The notes beneath the pieces are model-generated. The model had not been told where the DNA came from, did no database searches, and saw only the letters and a list, made by a program, of their open reading frames with translations. From contig NC_042999.1 of NCBI RefSeq assembly GCF_006345805.1, positions 117,738,001 through 117,802,000 of the forward strand: 64,000 bases of DNA. Direction: 5' to 3'. The number at the start of each line of letters is the position of its first letter. Positions within the stretch are counted from its first letter, which is position 1. A program made the translations under genes and the position numbers. Below are positions 39,183 through 52,583 of this stretch, piece after piece. The DNA comes from Octopus sinensis (taxonomy: Eukaryota).

Positions 39183-39550
39183 CTTTAACTTGTTTCAGTC
39201 ATTTGACTGTGGCCATGCTGGAGCACCGCTTAGTACTTATTCTATCGGGATCTTTTGCCGAACCACTAATTTACGTCGACGTAAACACACGAGCATCGGT
39301 TGCCAAGCGATGTTGCGGGGGGGGGGGCAAATACAGACACACAAACATATACACACATACATATGCATATATATATATATACATATATAAGACGAGCTTC
39401 TTTCAGTTTCCGTCTACCAAATCCACTCACAAGGGTTTCGTCGCCCCGAGGTAATATTAGAAGACACACTTGCCTAAGGTGCCACTCAGTGGGACTGACC
39501 CCGGAACCATGTGATTGGTAAGCAAGCTACTTACCACACAGCCACTCCTG
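39183..39550 (-). mobile_element. tRNA-derived SINE with internal TA/CA tract
   Basis: Reverse complement of the 42031 family (A box gtggctgtgtggtaag, B-box-like ggttccgggg...). Confidence 0.85.
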
Positions 39551-39630
39551 ATAAAGATGATCAGTGAAACAGAAGTTGCAAAATTAGAAGTCCATTCGTT
39601 TGTTCGTTTTACACACACTCACACACACAT

Positions 39631-39672
<42 letters not shown>

Positions 39673-39689
39673 AAGTAAACTACAACACA

Positions 39690-40541
39690 TGAAATCGGTA
39701 TCTAATCTCTTTCGAAGTAATCCTCTTCTTAAGTCACACACTTTATCCAGCGCCGTTTCCATTGATTGAAGCATTCCTGGAACTTCCTTTATGGAACAGT
39801 CACCAGCTGTTTCATCACAATTTCTTTTTTTCGGCTTCTTCTGATCTTGTTCCTTTTCAGTGCGATTTGATATTTGGAAAGAGGAAAAACTCGCAAGGGG
39901 CGAAATCTGGGAAATATGGTGATTGTCGAATATTGTGCTGGGTAATGTTGTGCTTGGAGAAAAACTGCTGCCCAAGCTGCACTAAATGAGTTGCTGCGTT
40001 GACTTGGTGGAGTTTTCCACTCGCCGGCCGTTTGCAATCTCGCTCTTTTTTCACGAATAGCATCCAGCAAACGCCGCAACCCTTCACGGTAGTACTCCTT
40101 GTTTACTGTTTGACCAGGTGGAGTATACTCATAATGTAGTCAAAGAAAAGTGTCAAAAACATCTTTAGATCGCTGCGACTCATTCGGCATTTTGTAAGCC
40201 GTCCTAGAAACGTTTGTGCCCCTCATATACTCATGTCCGCATCATACACTCCTCTCCATACACTTTCTGCAACATTGTAAAGGTCTCTATGCAGGTATTT
40301 CTTAACTTCTGACAAAATACCATGGTCACTGATGGAATCCCTGTGATATAGTGAGACGACCACAGTCTACAGGCATTACTTCCAAGCGCAGCTATAAACA
40401 ACGTAATGAACGATAATGTTATAACTTAGTGTGCATGTTAAAAGTTAATCTGTTCAAGGTTAATCTGTGCCAAGCGGCTTCACTCTACATACTAAAGCGC
40501 TGTTACCGCAGCAGCAGTCCCGATACTTTTTGAGTAGACCT

Positions 40542-40545
<4 letters not shown>
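39690..40545 (-). mobile_element. Decayed, internally deleted mariner transposon
   Basis: RRLLDAIREKR and SPYFPDFAPCEFFLFPNIK (YSPDLAP motif). TIR-like end tactaggtctactcaaaaagtatcggga. Confidence 0.85.
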
Positions 40546-40600
<55 letters not shown>

Positions 40601-40649
40601 ACAAACAAACACACACACACATATATATATTTGTATGTGTAACGTAATA

Positions 40650-40713
40650 GTTTAGAAAAAAACATTGGTTTCATATCTAGCGTGAACAAGACATTTTTTC
40701 AGTTTTTCTAAAC
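40650..40713 (-). ncRNA. Type I hammerhead ribozyme at the Naiad 3' end (G8A variant)
   Basis: Minus strand reads gtttagaaaaa-CTGAAAA-a-atgtct/agatat-GAAAC-caat-GTT-tttttctaaac, with an 11-bp stem I. Confidence 0.6.
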
Positions 40714-42030
40714 GATAACCGTTCTCTGCAAAGAATGTTTTTTAAACACAAGAATGCCGGTGATAGTTCGAGAAATATTCCTCTTTAAAAATTATGGCCG
40801 GACGAGTTGTCTTCCTTCGCTTGGTAGCAAGGTCTTCCAATTTTGAAGTAAACATTTCCGAAAATGTGGACAACTCCTCATGACTTCCATCCTGATGTTC
40901 AGGTAACCTCCTGACTCTTGTGATTTCATGAGGATAATATACACAATTTACAGTTTTGTTCCATTGCAATAGGGTCCTCAAGTTTCCAGTAATTTCCACC
41001 TGATATTAAAGGGCATATGATCGTCCTTTGGGACCATACGTATGCTGCGTGTGCTGTTGTGTTGCGTCTCTCCGGGACCCTGAAAAAAGATCTGTGGTTG
41101 TTTAGGCGAATTTTAAATTTGGATTCACAAGATCCGACATAAATTTTAGTGTGTGTTCCTGTGTTAACATTGATATTACTGATATTTGTGCTGCTTCTGT
41201 TTGATGCTACCATTGCTTGGTGCACTGTAGCTTCGGTGTTATATCGGCCGTCCACTGGGCATTCATTTCTAATTCTGCATGAACCGCCTGCCTCTGTCCG
41301 TAGTTTAGGAGTGCTAACTAATGTGACACCTCGATTGCGTTACGCCATTAAGAGAAACTAGATACCTTCCTTATGCCTTTATTAACCCTTCTTAGGATGT
41401 GTTTACTAACCAGTCCATTTTCGGACTTGTCAGAGTTAATCAGGCAGTATTTAGGGTTGGAAGCGTAGTTCGGTTTATGATCCTTGATAGTTATAAATGC
41501 ATTACGTTCAGCTAGTATTTCTACCCCGTCGGCAATGTCCAGGTCGGTGGCTATTCGTTTTGCCTCATTATTGATGTTATCATAGGTATGTGGTGCGGCC
41601 TGTCTATATTTTTGTGTGATGTTGTTCTCTTAAAGCCTGTTGTAGTGATCATTATCTATCTTAGAAAGGTTGTCTTATCTGAAAATAGTAGAGTTCTATC
41701 TGAATTCTTAAGGAGGAGTATATCGGATCTAAGTCTACGTTGAAAGGTGGATGAGGACTTACGGAACTTAAGATTTGGTATAATGCCCAGCAGGTCTTCT
41801 TCGAAAGCTTCGAGTTCTTTGATTTTGGGTGGTAATTTTCTAGACCTGATGTTAAAGTGGTCTTTGTCCGAGTGTAGTGCAGCTTGATCGAAAATAAAAA
41901 CAAAATTCCACTTCATGCATCTTATAATATCAATAATTTTTCGAAGTAGCATTCTTTTGTATAGTTCATTTGATGGTATAGGGATATTTTTAAAGGAATA
42001 TCCAATGTTGTTTAAATCCATTAATATTAT
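40650..42030 (-). mobile_element. Naiad-type Penelope-like element with the RT core deleted
   Basis: N-terminus YSFKNIPIP...FSDKT, then AFITIKDHKPNY..NPKYCLIN..KSE and WRN, jumping at ~41327 to SCR...CP..G, IYVGSCESKFKIRLNNHR, C.LC and LNIRME...CPH. Stop at 40792-40794. Confidence 0.85.
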
Positions 42031-42198
42031 CGCAGATATGGCTGTGTGGTAAAAAACTTGCTTCCCAACCACATGCTTCTGGGTTCAATCCTACATCGTG
42101 GCACCTTGGGTAAGTGTCGTCCTCGGGCCGACCAATGTCTTGTGAGTGGATTTGGTAGAGGGAAACTGAAAGAAACCCGCCGTATATACATATATATA

Positions 42199-42284
<86 letters not shown>

Positions 42285-42470
42285 TTGTGTGTCTGTGTGT
42301 CTCCCCACCATCACTTGGCAACCGATGTTGGTGAAGTTTACGTCCCCGTAATCTAGCGAATCGGCAAAAGAGACCGATAGAATAAGTGCTAGGCTTACAA
42401 AGAATAAGTCCTGGGGTCGATTTGTTTGACTAAACGCGGTTCTCCAGCATGGCCGCAGACGAATAACTGA
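42031..42470 (+). mobile_element. tRNA-derived SINE with internal (TA)n
   Basis: A box tggctgtgtggta, B box ggttcaatcc, body gtgagtggatttggtaga, 3' gatagaataagt...ggggtcgattt...ccagcatggccgcag. Confidence 0.88.
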
Positions 42471-43452
42471 TATGTATGTATGTATGTATGTATGTATGAA
42501 TGGATGGATATATGTATGTACACTTCCCATTATTTAACAATGCAGCCATACTCGAGCACTGCCTTCAATATGCTTCTGCCTTCATGTATTTACAAATCAT
42601 CTATGTATAGGATGAGGGATTATAGAGGTGTGGATTAGTAGGTTTTCAAATAATATGAATATATCAACGAAGAAATATTATTTCTGATGATTGCCTTCGT
42701 AATGAGATGACTGAAATCAAGAGTAAGTAGTCAACTTTAACTTTTATAACATTCCAGAAAAAACTTATTATGATGGCATGTAGCTATTATACTATCACTA
42801 ACTATTAAATCATGATAAGGATAAGTGAATCGGGACGATTATATAAATGTTTTATTTCATAAAAAGCAAATATATATATTATTCTAATATAAAATTTCTG
42901 TCCATTTTGCTTCGTTATGTGTGTTTGTATATACATACATACATACATATCTTAGGTAAGTTAAAATATGTTTGTGACATAATTTATTTTCTAAAGACAA
43001 ATTCACCGCAGTTACTGCGGAGAGAAAGGTTTTTCTCATTATAAGAGGTGTAAAACATATCCGCCCTGAGCTTCCTCATATCAGATACCCTGACGCGCAA
43101 TTCTGGCCCTTCAGCCTTCCTCAATGGGAAATACCGAAGAGAGATAACGCTACGTAGGTTCAAAACCTTGTGTGCGCTGTTGTACCACCTGTTCTGAGAA
43201 AATATCACAGCATTAGCGCCAAGCAGGATATGTAGACAAAAGAGAGATACAAATAGATGGTTACTCAGATATGTGTGTTAGCGAGGTGTCCCGCGCAGAT
43301 TGGTATTGCTATAACAACCAGTCTACTTCATATAGCTCTTTTCTGTTATCTATGACTGTTCTCAGTTTTATTAATAAGGAGGGCACGCGTGATTCTGTGA
43401 TTGCCTCTTTGTGTTGAGCGGCTGTTATGCATACCTTGAAGTACTGGGTTCG

Positions 43453-43592
43453 ATAGAATAAGTACTAGGCTTACAAAGAATAAGTCCTGGGGTCGATTTG
43501 TTTGACTAAAGGTGGTGCTCCAGCTTGACCGCAGTCAAATAACTAAAATAAGTGAAAGATTTTAAAAATATCTATATATGTATGTATATATA
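43453..43592 (+). mobile_element. 5'-truncated SINE flanked by a 27-bp target-site duplication
   Basis: tatgcataccttgaagtactgggttcg at 43426-43452 and 43593-43619. Confidence 0.85.
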
Positions 43593-43884
43593 TATGCATA
43601 CCTTGAAGTACTGGGTTCGGTACTTCTATAGGAGTTTTTTGATCGAAGTGTCTGTGCGCATAAGTTCTTTGATTCGAATGTGGAGTTTCCTGGTAGTACT
43701 TCTCACATTTACTACAGACTTTGTCGTATACCACGTAAAACCTCGAGCACATTGGTAAAATTTAGATATACAAATTCAGTAGTTTGTAATCTTTACCAGT
43801 GGTAGATATAAGAAATTACTGAACACTTTCGTAAAGTATATTGTATCATCGACAATCCTACCAGTTTGAGTATTCGTGCGCTCA

Positions 43885-44172
43885 TAACAAAACTGGCACT
43901 TCGTCGGTTATGACGGTGTGTGTTCCAGTTGATCCGATCAACGGAACAACCTGCTCGTGAAATTAACGTGTAAGTGTATGAGAACCCCACAAACACGCGT
44001 AACCCTTATCGTAGTTCTCTGGGTGATTCAGCGTGACACAGAATATGACAAGGGATAGAGCTGCGTAAAATAAAGTGACTTGCTCAAGGACACAACGTGC
44101 TGCTGAGTATCGAACTCACGACCTTACGATTGTGAGACGAATAACCTGACCATTAAGCCACGTACCTTCACT
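43885..44172 (-). mobile_element. SINE fragments (tRNA head on minus strand at ~44070-44170)
   Basis: Minus strand reads gtggcttaatggtcagg...gtgagttcgatactc...gtgtccttgagcaagtcactt. Confidence 0.7.
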
Positions 44173-44836
44173 ACGCTCACATACAGCCGAACATACTATA
44201 ATTCTATTTTGTACATGTTTCACACACAAATGATGTAAAAGGTGTATAATAACACTTCTGCATCTCCACGGGACTGACTGAGGAGGTCACTAAGATATAA
44301 CGGAAGACTTGAATCTATTAAATAATGAAGTGAATTATAACCATTATGAGTGTTTCATTTGCGGTGTGTGTTGAGTTGAAAACAACCTTACTTTAACGCT
44401 TCCTTATCTATCTGTCTTTCTCACTCCCAAATAAACATCATGCACGCGCACACACATACACACACACACGCAGAAACACACACTCACACACACACACACA
44501 CTCGCACATACACAGGTATACACCCACGTATATTAACGATATAAAAAAAACTATAATAGAAAGTTGAAATAATTTTGTATCAGGAAGTTCTAATTATTGA
44601 ATGAAATATACAATTATTTAAAATACATATATTTATATATCAGAAATAATTCGAAGCGCGCGCTAATGGAAAAACCAGGCTGGGTTCTTCTCCGGAAGTT
44701 TAAATTTAAGACGGGAAATTCGCGAACGATCTTGAAATGTGGAATTTTCTCGTGATTTATGGTAATCTATCACTTTAGCAGGAGGTTTCACACACTAATG
44801 TAGCTTAAAACGAATTATTTGTACATAGATATAATT

Positions 44837-45345
<509 letters not shown>

Positions 45346-45931
45346 GATAGTAATAAAGTGACTGTACACGTATATGTCTGAATGCACTTGAGTAGAAGCA
45401 CAGAAATAGTCGACTATTCATATTAATTGTTTAAACTGTCTTTCTTAATCGATCAATTGTTCCACTAAAAAAATCACTAAAACATAACCTAAAGCATTTT
45501 CATGTCCAGCTCAAGACTAATTTATCATCGATATTGTTCAAGACGCCAGACACAGAACACAAGAAAGTAATTGCCAGTTTAAAATCAATGATCAATGCCA
45601 ATAAAAAAGCAATGTGTATTAATGTTGCCGACGAGGTATTATTGTTGTTATTGATACTAGTGCCAATGTTAATAGTGTTGTCAATAAAAATTGTTGAAAT
45701 TACTCACATACCATGTAGTTAATATAGCCATTCAGTAATTAGTACAATAGAAATTATCATAAGTACTAATATAATTTTGGCCCAAACGTTGTTCGATGGT
45801 GCTCCACTTGTTTCACCCCAAAAGAAGTTACATCCTTCATGAAACATTTTTTAATATCTAATTTTACTTCACTTAGCTTTCTTATACACGCTGGTTTCAT
45901 AGTATATGTTAATTATATATATATATTTAAG

Positions 45932-45973
<42 letters not shown>

Positions 45974-46086
45974 TATATATTATATATATATATATATTAT
46001 ATATATATATATATATGTAAGAATTTTTTGCGTAATAAGATAAAAATCCAAGGTTGTACAGATATTAGAGCATTTATAGCTAGAAG

Positions 46087-46138
46087 GTCTTACAGCTGTT
46101 TCTAGGATATTGATTAATAATATCCCTTCATCGGAGAC
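46087..46138 (-). ncRNA. Minimal type I hammerhead ribozyme (left arm)
   Basis: Minus strand reads gtct-CCGATGA-agggatatt..aatatcct-a-GAAA-CAGCTG-TA-agac. Confidence 0.72.
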
Positions 46139-46174
46139 GGTGTGAGAGGAAGACTTAACTTTTTCTCTCACATC

Positions 46175-46226
46175 GTCTCCGATGAAGGGATATTATTAAT
46201 TAATATCCTAGAAACAGCTGTAAGAC
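46175..46226 (+). ncRNA. Minimal type I hammerhead ribozyme (right arm)
   Basis: gtct-CCGATGA-agggatatta-ttaat-taatatcct-a-GAAA-CAGCTG-TA-agac, with a palindromic stem III. Confidence 0.75.
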
Positions 46227-46303
46227 ATTCTATCTATAAATGCTCTAATATCTGTACAGCCTTGGTTTTTTATCTTACGCAAAACATTCTTATATATATA
46301 TGA

Positions 46304-46400
<97 letters not shown>

Positions 46401-48164
46401 TATATATACACACACATTCGTATACATACCTGCATAGTAATACTACATACATACTGCTCATACTTACGCGCACCACAACCCACCGCCACCACACACATAT
46501 ATGCTCGAGTGTGTATCTGTAAGAACTGATACATCGATATATATATATAAAGGGTATGATGAGGAAATTGACATGATGGATACGACATATAAAAATCTAG
46601 AACTCAATCGATTGTTTCAACTTCAGTATTGGAACTTATTTCTCCATTTCTCCAGCATCTTAAGAATGACAGAAGTAATGTCTGTCGTTGTGCCAATCCC
46701 ATTGCTTTTATAACATCTGCTTACATACTTACGAAACAATTTTGGGGTGAAAATGCTGGGAAACTCGTGAATTTTGCTTTTTATTAAATACACAAGCTAC
46801 ATACATAAAGATAAACATGTACGGTTAGATTTCGCTAATGAAAAATCAAGCTTCCAAGAAAAAAATTATACTCGAAAAGGGAAGATCATTTTATAACGTC
46901 AATATTTTCTGAAGGTCATTAGAAAATATTAAGTAATAGAATCTAGCTCACAACTACATTTACATGTTAACTTGAAACTATGCAGCTTGTCACCATAATG
47001 GTAATAATGATATATTTTAGATACGCAAAAGAAATTGTATTTTGATAGGCGGGAAATAGTCGATTGACTTTATGATATTACTGGCATTTTGTTTATAAAT
47101 ATTGCGATTATAAATTAAACTAGTCTACTTTGAAAATGTAAGGTTGAACTTGATCTGCTACGTCATGCAATGTGCATATTAACTTCAACGGGCGTTTCTA
47201 TATACTACAAGAACAAGAATTGGGAAAATTTATTGTTACAATGGCAATCGTAATGGAAGAAATGATACAACTTGAATAAGTAACATGTATTGAATACTGT
47301 TTTTGAGAACTTCGTTTTGAGACAACAGATAACATTAAAATCACCACTAATTTTTATTGATAGTAAGTAAACGAATGTTATCAAATTCAGTTTATTCGTT
47401 CACAGAACGAGTTAATGGGTTAAGAAATTGACTACGGTTGTAGCTCTTCAAAATACAGAAAACAGATGTATTGTGATATTTAGTAACCACTCTTAATGTC
47501 ATTAATTTTACAACTTGCGTGGCCTTCTTTTCCTTGATTGTTTAGATGCGCTATGGGAATATAAGTCTCAAACCAAGTAGAATATGAATACCTGAACAAG
47601 ATTCCATATCTAACAGACATCACAATTGCAAGGTACGGTAGAACGTAAAAGGTCCAGACGTCACATATGGTCAAGCACTCACTATTTAAAGAATTTTAAA
47701 ACTTGACAGCGAGCAACAGAGGGAAAACCGGAAATACCACAACAACAGAACCACCGTCAATAAGAACAGCTACAATAAAGCAACACGATTAAGAAGATCT
47801 ATAGCTAAAACAACATCTTTAAAAGAAATGCAAATATCAATTGCAAATCCAGAATCCTAATCTACTGTGACACATGTCCCGAATGCAAGGAATACTACAT
47901 TTGTGAAACAGGTATTGGACTATACGAGAGAATAAGGGTGCATAAACAACAAATCCATGACCCTTGCGTTAGAAACGCAACCTGCATTAGAACCTTACAT
48001 TTTGTAAGACCAAAGAATACTTTATTCGAAAATACAAACAGAAACTGAACAGAATATTAATTTCCAAATTACCGGAACTTCCATCCCAACAACCCACAGA
48101 AAGACACCAACCATCAGTGCCTGAATCATGAAAACTACAAATGAGTATACACACATTTATGTAC

Positions 48165-48203
<39 letters not shown>

Positions 48204-48260
48204 ATGTGTGTGTGTGTGTGTGTGTATACATGTGCGAATGAGTGTATAGGTATGTATATA

Positions 48261-48620
48261 CAGGTGTTCGACAAAATAATGGAAAAACCTAGCATCATAG
48301 CATCGTAATTTTGAAATATCTATAAAACCTTCAAAAGCATGTTTATTTTAATGTTTTTCGATTTATTGTTAATATGTTTTGCAAAAATTACAGTTTCTTT
48401 TCAGATATCATCAGAAAAAGGTAATTGAAATTCATGAAAATGACAGATCTATCGAACTTTCAAAGAGATCAAATTGTTGGTGCTCTTATGGATGGTGCTA
48501 GCGTAAGGAAAACAGTCGAAATATTCAATGTATCAAGAAGAGCCGACTCGAAAGTAATGACAGCCTTTAAAAAAGAGGGAAACACCTTGTGGAAACAAAG
48601 CTGGGAATAAAACCAAAACT
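48261..48620 (+). mobile_element. Tc1-like transposon 5' fragment
   Basis: TA|CAGGTGTTCGACAAAATAATGGAAA end and paired-like HTH MTDLSNFQRDQIVGA...SVRKTVEIFNVSR. Confidence 0.8.
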
Positions 48621-48831
48621 TTTCTTATTATTATCAAAGAATGTATATATATGTATTGTAATATTTTGTGACAACACAACAAAGTTTTTACTAAGCTTTT
48701 ACATTTTTAACTTTTGGCAATCTTTTTCTAAAAAATAAAACCGGTCAAGTGAATAAACACCTTTTAAAATTGCATTTTCAAACCTTCTTTCTTATATATT
48801 TCTACTCGTGTGGTATCTTACAACTTCACTT

Positions 48832-48870
<39 letters not shown>

Positions 48871-48873
<3 letters not shown>

Positions 48874-49500
48874 AATAAGAAAGTGGAGAAGATACAATAC
48901 CGACAGACACCAGCTGGTAAACATTCCAGTATGTCTATTTATTCCAATGTATTAGATGAATACATACACATGTATTAGTGGTACAGATTATCAAATAGAA
49001 CGTGTTGGTAACTGCAAAAACAAAGGTGTGGAAGCATATAATCATAAAGGAACAGGTGATTAATTGAGTAAATGAGCAAATGAGTAAAGGAAAAGATTGT
49101 GAGTAAAACCGAATGAGTGTGTGGGTGCTAGATCCTTACGGCCGTTTCTGCCAAGAGGCAACGAAATCTTCCAGGTTATCTCCATCTCTTCTGTGTGATG
49201 TAGGGATGATCAGGTAAGGCTTGGTTAATGAATGTGCCTCTAGGCTTCTTCAGAGAGTCTAGGTGGTTATGAGGTGGGGGCGAACATATATAAAAACAGT
49301 TAATAATAGCTACAGTGGTGTTTGTCTTTTTAAGAATAGAGTAGAAGAAGAATAGGGGTAAAAATAAGAACTAGCATAAGGATGTAAGTTAAGTATAATG
49401 ATTTGGGTATAGCAACGGGAAATAAAATACAGACTTCCCGTGATTTATTATGGGATTCATGTTAATTCTCCAGTGGTGGATAGGGGGATATATTCACCTA
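48871..49500 (-). mobile_element. Non-coding PLE pLTR-like fragment
   Basis: Abuts (TA)n at its 3' side and contains a canonical hammerhead. Confidence 0.6.
49128..49262 (-). ncRNA. Canonical-core type I hammerhead ribozyme with long stem II insertion
   Basis: Minus strand reads ctagactct-CTGAAGA-a-gcctagaggca...tgcctcttggc-a-GAAA-CGGCCG-TA-aggatctag. Confidence 0.82.
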
Positions 49501-50204
49501 AAATACACGTAAAATACACGCATACATACACATACATACGCACACAAATACACACACATACACATCTTTATGAATAGTTAGTTTCATATAGTATATATCA
49601 AACATACTATGAATTAGTCAAAGTCTACAAATAAGTAGCAAACGTCTAAGGTTCTAAATGAAGGTTAAATACCATTTCGTTAACTTCCCAATTAACACAT
49701 ACAGTTACTAGAATTTACGAAGCAATAGACAGAAGTCATAAAAGAATCTTCATAATGGACTTTATTATAGTTATCTATATATGGTGAGATATGAAAAATT
49801 ACCCATGCAAATAATTGTCTGCAGTAATCTGTCCAGACAGTGTAAGCAATGAATATTATATCAAATATATATGGTCTTTTTGTTGTAATTAACATGATAC
49901 ATTTTATTGGTTGTAATATAAATAATCACAGAACTTTCCTTTTGTTTCGTGACAGTCAAAACTACTTAATTGTGGTTCTTCGTTAGAGGGATCAGCAGCC
50001 AACAGCTAATGGAAGCGCAAATAACCAATAAGTAATAATTATAAGTAATAACTGCCGACTTATGAATAAAATCAAATAAAAAAGAAAAAAGCAACATTAA
50101 AAAAGTGAATTAAATAGTCACCATTTGTAAGCAGATAGCAGTCTGAGTATAAAGAGCTGTCGTATATAAATGTGGTTGGGCATGTCTTTCAGTACTATTG
50201 TTCG

Positions 50205-51334
50205 CAAATTAGCTTGATCGGGAAGGCACAGGCATATGCCGTTTCCCGGTAGAACCATTCAGGATAATCTCCATCTTCTACGGTACACTGTAGAAGGGTT
50301 TCATAATGATTCTTGCAAGGGGCAGTGGTCGATTTAGACCAATCAACGGCTTTTGATAGGGTAGACCATCATTACCTGGTCTCCGTTCTAGCACAGTTCG
50401 GCCTGGGTATTAGCTTCCTCAGGTGGATCATTGAAATTTATAACAATATCGACTCGGTAGTTCGGGTTAACGGCTTTTTATCTAAGCCGCTCAGCTTCAA
50501 ACTCTCGGTTCGTCAAGGGTGTCATCTCTCCCCGCTTTTGTATGTAATGGCTCTTGAGCCATTGCTGCGAAAATTGAGTCAGGGAGGGCGGAGGTGGCCA
50601 ATGTGTTCATCGCATCGGTCATCACCTACCGCCTAACCGTCGTTCCCTGCCCTGATTCGTGGTTGAGCAAGCTGGAAAGACAGCTCTTTCGCTTCTTGTG
50701 GAAGGGTTCGAATACGCTTGTGAGACGCTCTGTTTGCTGACAACAACCGTTAAAGGGTGGGATACGGATGCCTTGGCTGATGATGTGCAGGCACGCGCTG
50801 AGGTTGAGGCATCTGTGACTCCATCTGGATGGTGATCTGGTGTGGTCTCCGCTGGCGAAACAGTTGTTTCTCAAGTTCACTTGCTTCGGTGGACTGGAGA
50901 TCTGGTTCTATCGTAGATCAAAGTTGGGTACATGGTGTACGGAGTGTCGTAAGGCTCTCCGGATATTCCATCTCTCGGGCAACACCTGCAGTAGTGGTTC
51001 TACCACATTGTTCTATAGAGGGTTGGTAGAGGCGAAATGTGACGATAGTTTGGGGAAGCCCTAGGTCTCGACAATAATCAGCTGGCCAATCTGTTCCAAC
51101 GTACATTCGGGCCGAAGACACTGGATAACTTCCAGATGTTTTTGGCATGGCAATGTTACCGAGGAGCCTTACCTGTCCGGGACAAACTCGCAATCATGGT
51201 GGCCCTAACCCACCGACCTGTCCAAGATGTGGACGAGTCAGGGAAACCGTCCAGCATGCTATTGTTCAGTGTTCGGTGGTTTCAGATGTGTGGGTTTATG
51301 CCGAACAACTATTGTCTAGTACAGGAAGAGTTCA
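50205..51334 (+). mobile_element. Decayed, internally deleted L1/Tx1-clade LINE ORF2
   Basis: DLDQSTAFDRVDH, VRVNG, VRQGCHLSPLLYVMALEPLL, KGGIRMP and CPRCGRVRETVQHAIVQC. Confidence 0.88.
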
Positions 51335-51520
51335 GCCGAGCCAAGCCGAGCTGAGCCGAGCCGAGCCGAGCCGAGCCGAGCCGTAACAGTGACACCAATG
51401 GCCTAGCGTCGACTGTGGGCCTGTGGCTGTGTACAATGCCTCAATGTGGCCCAGAGCGAGCTCTGGTCTCCATAGCGTCGACTGTGGGCCTGTGGCTGTG
51501 TACAGTCGCCTCAATGTCGC
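51334..51520. repeat. (GAGCC)n pentamer followed by a ~70-bp tandem duplication
   Basis: agccg repeats at 51334-51383. tagcgtcgactgtgggcctgtggctgtgtaca at ~51403 and ~51473. Confidence 0.9.
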
Positions 51521-51539
51521 CCAGATCTTTGCCTCTGAC

Positions 51540-51659
51540 ACTCCATGGACCCTAAGTAAGGCATGTGTAACATTTGAATGAAATTGGTTGTGTAGTTCTC
51601 AACTTTTAGGGATTCACGCATACAGACAGACACACATTCTCAGTTTCATATATATAGAT
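51540..51659 (-). mobile_element. Helitron 5' fragment (same family as 51685)
   Basis: Homologous to ~52272-52385. Minus strand starts atctatatatatgaaactgag. Confidence 0.7.
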
Positions 51660-51684
51660 ATATGTATGTGTGTGTATATATATA

Positions 51685-52493
<809 letters not shown>

Positions 52494-52545
52494 GAAAAAA
52501 CAAGTCAAAATAGAAAATGCTAAAATAATTTTATAAAGAACATTT

Positions 52546-52583
52546 CAGTACCGGTTTCGGTCATTTTGAGACCTTTTCAACTG
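52546..52583 (-). ncRNA. Minimal hammerhead ribozyme in the left (inverted) pLTR
   Basis: Exact reverse complement of 55200-55237. Confidence 0.75.

Larger units (their letters stand above)
46017..46292. mobile_element. Fold-back non-autonomous PLE-like unit (~130-bp arms) in (TA)n
   Basis: 46017-46148 is the reverse complement of 46165-46292. Each arm contains a hammerhead. Confidence 0.85.

Noticed and set aside
40792-41300. Selenocysteine-coding Naiad (in-frame UGA at Cys positions)
   Set aside because: The Cys-motif positions are not TGA. The one nearby TGA follows a frameshift, and I could not identify a SECIS.
42031-42110. tRNA gene
   Set aside because: A and B boxes are present, but it is the head of a SINE with no complete cloverleaf.
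45500-45860. Hydrophobic frames including TTLLTL (channel M2-like)
   Set aside because: Interrupted by stops in every frame. The resemblance is likely chance in AT-rich DNA.
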